Part shown: positions 59,255 through 64,000 of the stretch, piece after piece
Position numbering within the stretch: position 1 is the first letter of the stretch
Layout: every line of letters begins with the position of its first letter
Origin: Candidatus Multivorans sp.
GTDB taxonomy: Bacteria > Acidobacteriota > Thermoanaerobaculia > Multivoradales > Multivoraceae
Direction: 5' to 3'
DNA length: 64,000 nucleotides
Assembly (NCBI GenBank): GCA_965247095.1
Contig: OZ251997.1
Location: forward strand, 3,328,001-3,392,000
Notes under the pieces: generated by a model
Told to the model about the DNA's origin: nothing
Databases searched by the model: none
The model's input: only the letters and a program-made list of their open reading frames with translations
Translations under genes and position numbers: made by a program

Positions 59255-59955
59255 CTAGGGCGGCGCCGGATCGAGCCCGACGTCGTTCGCCGCGCCGGCC
59301 CTGTCGGAGCGACCCGACAGGAGTTCGGTGAGGCGACGCTCTTCCTCGGGCTGATCGAAGACTTGCAGCATCTTCTTGCGCGAAGGGTTCTGCGGCAGCA
59401 TGGCCCGAAGCCGCTGCTCCTCGCGCTCGGGGAGCCCGGCGAGATCCGCCAAGGTGGGGTAGATTTCAAGCAGCTCGGCGGTCCGGTCGCAGAATCCTCC
59501 CTTCGCTTCGACCCCGGGGCCGGCGAAAATGATCGGCACGCGGCAGGAGCGCTCCCAGAGTGTGTACTTGCGCCATTGGTTCGATAGGTACCTCGCCGCC
59601 CAATCGGCGAGCTGGGTGTCGGACGTCTCTTCGTCGTCGACGTCGAGGGAGCTCCAGTCGAAGTTGCTGCGGTCGAGCTCGTTCACCGGCCAGCCGGGGG
59701 CCCACAGAAAGCCACGGAAGCTGTTGTAGTAGTGCCACGACGCGGCCTCGTTCTGGGTGTTGTGAAACGTCTTGCCGCCGCCGATCGCTTCATAGCTGTG
59801 CTGCATGAAGTGCTGGGGCAGAGTGACGGCCAGCGGCATGGCGTCGCGCCAGACGTCGCCGTTGCCGTAGCAGCCGGAGGTGGTCGGGCGCCTGCCGGTC
59901 ATCAGACTCGCCCGAGAGGGGTTGCAGGCGGGCGTCTGGCAGTAGGCCGTTGCAG
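59255..59955 (-). pseudogene. Sulfatase remnant with a frameshift and internal deletions
   Basis: AYCQTPACNP/SRASLMTG broken by a frameshift; GGGKTFH; abrupt jump to WRKYTLWERSCRVP...IYPTLADLAG. Confidence 0.75.
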
Positions 59956-60735
59956 GTGGGGGCGGTCGGGCAGGAAGTTACGGATGTACTTGAAGCGCGT
60001 CGTCCGTAGCGCTCTGATGTGGTCGACCGTCTCATCGCAGCGGTCGCGAGCGGCAAAGATCGCCGTCCGCTTCTCGTAGTCCTGGCCGAGGATGTCGCGA
60101 GCTTGCATGTATTCGGGAATCTCGATTCCGGCGAGTGCGAGCGAAAGGGTCCCGATATCGATGTGCTCCACGAGGTCGTCGCGAACCTGCCCGGGCTCGA
60201 TGGTCGGTCCGGCGATGACCAGAGGCACGTGCAGGCCTTCGTCGTAGAGAAACTGCTTCCCCCTGGCATGGCTGATTCCGTGGTCGGTCATGAAGAGAAC
60301 GACCGTGTCCTCATGGTCGCCCTCGTCTTCGAGCCGTGCAATGACGTCGCCGACGAACTTGTCTGTGAGCCGAACCGAGTCGAGGTAGGCCGCCCAATCC
60401 GCCAACAGGACCGGATCGTTCGGATAGTAGGGCGGAAGCTTCACCTTGGAGGGATCGGTCTTGCTCCCCAACAGCTTCTCGACGCGAGCGCTGATCTGTC
60501 GGAACGACTCGAGTGATTGGCCGCGGTGTTTTCCGCCGGGGAGGTGAACCTGCGCGAAGAAGGGTTGGCCGGGTCGACGGCGACTCCAGTCGGGGCCGTC
60601 GTACATGGCTCGGTCCCATTCGAAGTTGTAGTGCGTCTTCCCCAGAGTGGCTCGATCCGTGTTGGGCCACCCGGTGATCGCGGTGTAATAGCCGGCTTCT
60701 CGAAACAGCTCGGGGATCGGCCGGATGCCAGGAGG
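59956..60735 (-). pseudogene. Second sulfatase fragment, lacking both termini
   Basis: PFFAQVHL, LPPYYP, FMTDHG, GKQFLYDEGLHVP, ARDRCDE, KYIRNF; no CxPxR N-terminus. Confidence 0.75.
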
Positions 60736-60754
60736 TAAGTGGATCTTCAGCTTC

Positions 60755-61690
60755 CCCGAAGGCGTCCGCTTCGACCGCGCCTACTGCAATGCGCCCGTAT
60801 GCGTCCCCTCCCGCGGGTCGATCATTACCGGCCTCCACCCCCACAACCACGGGGCGAAGATTCTGCGAGACCCGCTGCCCAACGAAGTGCGCACGGTCGC
60901 CCACTACTTCAAGGATCACGGCTACGTCACCGGCGCGATCGGCAAGATGCACTTCGTCGACGAGACCCGGCGGCACGGCTTCGACCACAGGCTCTATCGC
61001 GACGATCACCTCAACCGGCTCACCCGGGCTGAGCAGCAGGCGTTTCGAGACGATCAATACGCGGCGTACCCCGAGGACGGCGGGTACGCGACCGGGCTGA
61101 GCGGCTCCGCCTCGACTCTGCCGGAGAGGTACTTCCCCGATACGTTTTACGCCGAGGAGTCGGTCGCCTTTCTGCGCGAGAACAAGGACCGCCCCTTCTG
61201 CCTGTGGACGTCGTTCTACATGCCGCACACGCCTCTGGTGCCGGCAAAGCGGTACTGGGACATGTACGACGGAGTCAGTCTCAGTCTGCCCGAGCGTTCG
61301 GATCGGGAGCTGGAGGACGGCTTCGAGGGGCACTTGATTCGCGCCAGGCAGCGTGGCTGGTACGACCAGAAAGACGACGATCTGCGTGACGCGATTCGCG
61401 GCTATTACGGCAACATCTCCCAGACGGACGCCAACGTCGGGCGGGTGTTCGACACGTTGCGCGAGCTGGGGCTCGACAGGAACACGGTGGTCGTCTACAC
61501 CTCGGACCACGGTGAGATGGCCGGTGCGCACCGCACGTGGACCAAGCACAACATGTACGAGCAGAGCGTGAACGTGCCGCTGGTCGTGCGCATGCCGGAG
61601 CGGATGGAAGCCGGGACCGCCCGCACGCAGCTCATCGAGCACGCCGATCTGCTCCCGACTCTGACCGAGCTGTGCGGGCTGGGGAGTCCC
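60755..61690 (+). pseudogene. Third sulfatase fragment, truncated at both ends
   Basis: EGVRFDRAYCNAPVCVPSRGSIITG, GKMHF, YTSDHGEM, MYEQSVNVP; lacks the N-terminal PNI..DD motif and the C-terminal domain. Confidence 0.75.
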
Positions 61691-61754
61691 TCTGACCGCC
61701 GTCGCCGAGCGCCTCTACGCTGGTTGAAGGAGCTCCGAATCATGCGGGCGCCAT

Positions 61755-62153
61755 CGACATGACGGCCTGCTGCACTCCCTCGCGTGATCCCGATCGGCCG
61801 GCCAGCGGCGCAGACCCAGCCGCTGCGGCGCCGACTGGCGTCATCCCGAGGGACCGGGATCGTCGATCGCCCGGCGCGAGGACCATCCCGTCGTCCAGGT
61901 GTCGCACAACGATGCCGTGGCCTACTGCGCGTGGGCGGGATGCCGGCTCCCTACCGAGGCGGAGTGGGAGCTCGCGGCTCGCGGAGGAGTGGAGCAGACC
62001 GCGCTGCCCTGGGGCGACGAGCTCGAGCCCGATGGCGAGCATCGCTGCCACGTCTCCTACTGCAGTCGCTACCGCCTGTCGGCCCGTACCCACAACACGC
62101 CCGACAGCGCAGCGGGACACATGGGCTTTCGCTGCGCCGCCGACGTCGGCTAG
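61755..62153 (+). pseudogene. Formylglycine-generating enzyme (SUMF1) remnant with internal deletions
   Basis: MTACCTPSR leader; HPVVQVSHNDAVAYCAW..RLPTEAEWE joined almost directly to SYCSRYRLSAR..NTPDS..GHMGFRC. Confidence 0.7.
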
Positions 62154-62302
62154 CGAAGGGGACTCCTGGTCTGAGCACGCTCCCGCGCTGTACGTCGAGC
62201 TGGCGGACGGCGCTCCTTCCCCCGCGGTAGTAGGCTCTGGCGGTCAGGTTTGCAATGCCCCGCGGGATCGGCTGCGGATGAGAGTTCGCGTGGAGGTCGA
62301 GA

Positions 62303-62500
62303 ATGAAGTACCAGGTAGCGCTTCAGGAGTCCGAAGAGGGCTTCAGCGTCTGGGTGCCGGGCCTGCCCGGCTGCGTGTCCCAGGGTGAGACCGAAGAGGA
62401 AGCGCTGGCCAACATCGCTGAGGCGGTCCGGGAGTACCTGGAAGTGGCTGCTGAAAACGCGGCTGGTATGAAGATCCGGGAAATCGAAGTCGCCGTATAG
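62303..62500 (+). CDS. hicB: HicB-family antitoxin
   Basis: EEGFSVWVPGLPGCVSQGETEEEALANIAEA. Confidence 0.9.
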   Translation: MKYQVALQESEEGFSVWVPGLPGCVSQGETEEEALANIAEAVREYLEVAAENAAGMKIREIEVAV

Positions 62501-62505
62501 AGGCG

Positions 62506-62718
62506 ATGCCAAAGATCCCTGGGGTCAATCATCTCCGGGCGGTACGTGCACTGGAGAGGGTCGGTTTCCGCATCGCGCGGCAAGGCAAGCACATCGTCCT
62601 GACGGACGGTCAGCGCATCGTTACCGTGCCCCGCAACAACCCCGTCAATGCGTTCACGATGGGACGAATCGTCCAGGACGCCGGCCTGACCGAGGCAGAG
62701 TTCAGGAAGCTGCTTTGA
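62506..62718 (+). CDS. hicA: HicA-family mRNA interferase toxin
   Basis: ALERVGF..RQGKHIVL...VTVP...IVQDAGL. Confidence 0.88.
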   Translation: MPKIPGVNHLRAVRALERVGFRIARQGKHIVLTDGQRIVTVPRNNPVNAFTMGRIVQDAGLTEAEFRKLL

Positions 62719-62925
62719 ACCGGGCTACGTCGGGAGCAGGTCGCGAGTCTTCTCAGACCTTGACGCCGGCGGTGGGTGAACCACGATAGCCGCCGTCAAG
62801 GCGCCGCCGGTTTAGTGGAAGCAGCGGGCGGAGGACGTGTACGGCGTCTAGGGCTTAGCAGGCGATTGCTCAGGCCGTCTTGCGGGGCCGGTTGCGGAGT
62901 AGACTCAGAACCTGAGAGCTTGAAG

Positions 62926-63180
62926 ATGATGTCCACGACGAACACGGAACTACTCGGTCGTATCACGGCCCGTCCGGATGTCTTCGGCGGTAAGCCGATC
63001 ATCCGTGACATGCGGATCTCCGTGGAGCTGATCCTCAGTCTCCTGGCGCAGGGGGCCACTCCCGACGCCATCCTGGAGGACTATCCGGATCTGGAAGCAG
63101 ACGACATTCGGGCTTGCACGGCCTACGCCCACGCAGTCATCGCGCGAGACACGCTGTCCGCGGTGTCCGTCGCCAAGTAG
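62926..63180 (+). CDS. DUF433 antitoxin-like protein
   Basis: RITARPDVFGGKPIIRDMRISVE...ILEDYPDL...DIRAC. Confidence 0.9.
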   Translation: MMSTTNTELLGRITARPDVFGGKPIIRDMRISVELILSLLAQGATPDAILEDYPDLEADDIRACTAYAHAVIARDTLSAVSVAK

Positions 63181-63533
63181 TGCGGTTCTTTGTGGACCGA
63201 TGCGCCGGCCGCCGGCTGGCCGAGTGGCTACGTGAACGAGGACACGATGTCGCTGAATCGCTCGAACTCGGCCCCGATCCGGGCGACAGAGCGCTACTCC
63301 ATCGAGCGGCCGAGGACGACCGAATCCTGGTCACGATAGACACGGATTTCGGCGAACTCATCTTCGGGCAAGCGGCAGCCCATGCGGGCCTGGTGCGGCT
63401 TCCCGATGTCCCCGCGGAGCGGCGAATCGCGTTGATGAATGAGCTGTTGGCGCGCCATCGACGCGAGCTGGAGGCGCGAGCGGTGATCACGATACGAGGT
63501 GAGCGAGTCCGGGTCTCGCGGCAACCGTCCTAA
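63180..63533 (+). CDS. DUF5615 PIN-like toxin
   Basis: MRFFVD...LRERGHDV...D...DRILVTIDTDFGEL; start overlaps the DUF433 stop. Confidence 0.88.
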   Translation: MRFFVDRCAGRRLAEWLRERGHDVAESLELGPDPGDRALLHRAAEDDRILVTIDTDFGELIFGQAAAHAGLVRLPDVPAERRIALMNELLARHRRELEARAVITIRGERVRVSRQPS

Positions 63534-63539
63534 CTCCAC

Positions 63540-63665
63540 TAGCTGCGTAGGAGCGCCACTCGCCGCCGGCCGCGCCCTGCTGCGCGTCGACCGACGCCAA
63601 AGGCAGCCACGTGACCGTCAGCGTCGCGGCCACCAGGACCCGTGGGTTCCGTGCCCGTCGGCGAA
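63540..63665 (-). pseudogene. N-terminal fragment resembling a PQQ-dehydrogenase signal peptide and start
   Basis: RRRARNPRVLVAATLTVTWLPLASVDAQQGAAGGEWRSY; the rest of the gene is absent. Confidence 0.4.
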
Positions 63666-63732
63666 CATCTTCAGTGGAGCTCGCGCTCAAGAAAAATTGC
63701 CAACCATCGAAGTCGAAGGCGCGGACTTGTCC

Positions 63733-64000
63733 TTGACGTGGGCGAGGAGCGTCGTCGTGGACGCGGGCGTGCCCGTGCGGTTGGCGGCGGACGCGACCGC
63801 TCGCGGCGGCGCCCGTGTGGAGCGGGTGGAGTTCGTCGTCGATGGCGCCTCCTTTGGGGTCGACCGCGAGGCGCCCTACGAGCTGACGTGGATGGCGGAA
63901 GGCACCGGGCGCTACATGGTGACGGCCAGCGTCCACGACAGCGAGGGAAACGTCGCGGTCTCCGCTCCCCTGACGGTCTTCGTCGGTCTGCGAGCCCTGG
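63733..64000 (+). CDS. Bacterial Ig-like domain (fragment or gene running off the window)
   Basis: VERVEFVVDG...DREAPYELTW...GRYMVTASVHDSEGN..VSAPLTV. Confidence 0.6.
   Translation, partial: MTWARSVVVDAGVPVRLAADATARGGARVERVEFVVDGASFGVDREAPYELTWMAEGTGRYMVTASVHDSEGNVAVSAPLTVFVGLRAL

Overview
A GC-rich bacterial chromosome segment. The gene content and protein styles suggest Acidobacteriota, possibly Thermoanaerobaculia-like and host-associated or marine; this is inference. Housekeeping blocks are the mutS2 C-terminus-dnaG-rpoD-tRNA-Asn-pckA-acs run, a complete Rrf2-sufBCDSUT Fe-S operon, tkt, tRNA-Lys-purA, ychF-aat, purH-lolA and kdsB-pyrG-kdsA-kdsD-kdsC. Accessory material includes sulfatases and sulfatase-like proteins, a PQQ/cytochrome c dehydrogenase, a steroid 5-alpha-reductase-like gene, three toxin-antitoxin pairs, an intact IS with CTAG flanks, a twice-frameshifted secreted metalloprotease-FN3 protein and several patches of gene fragments. 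The most notable signal is an ~855-nt apparently non-coding element on the minus strand (45272->44410), just downstream of tRNA-Phe. It has its own sigma70-like promoter, a helix pairing its 5' and 3' ends, a following U7 tract, and many GNRA hairpins including a repeated, internally covarying GCAA module. It looks like a large, highly structured ncRNA, and I cannot assign it to a known family from sequence alone.
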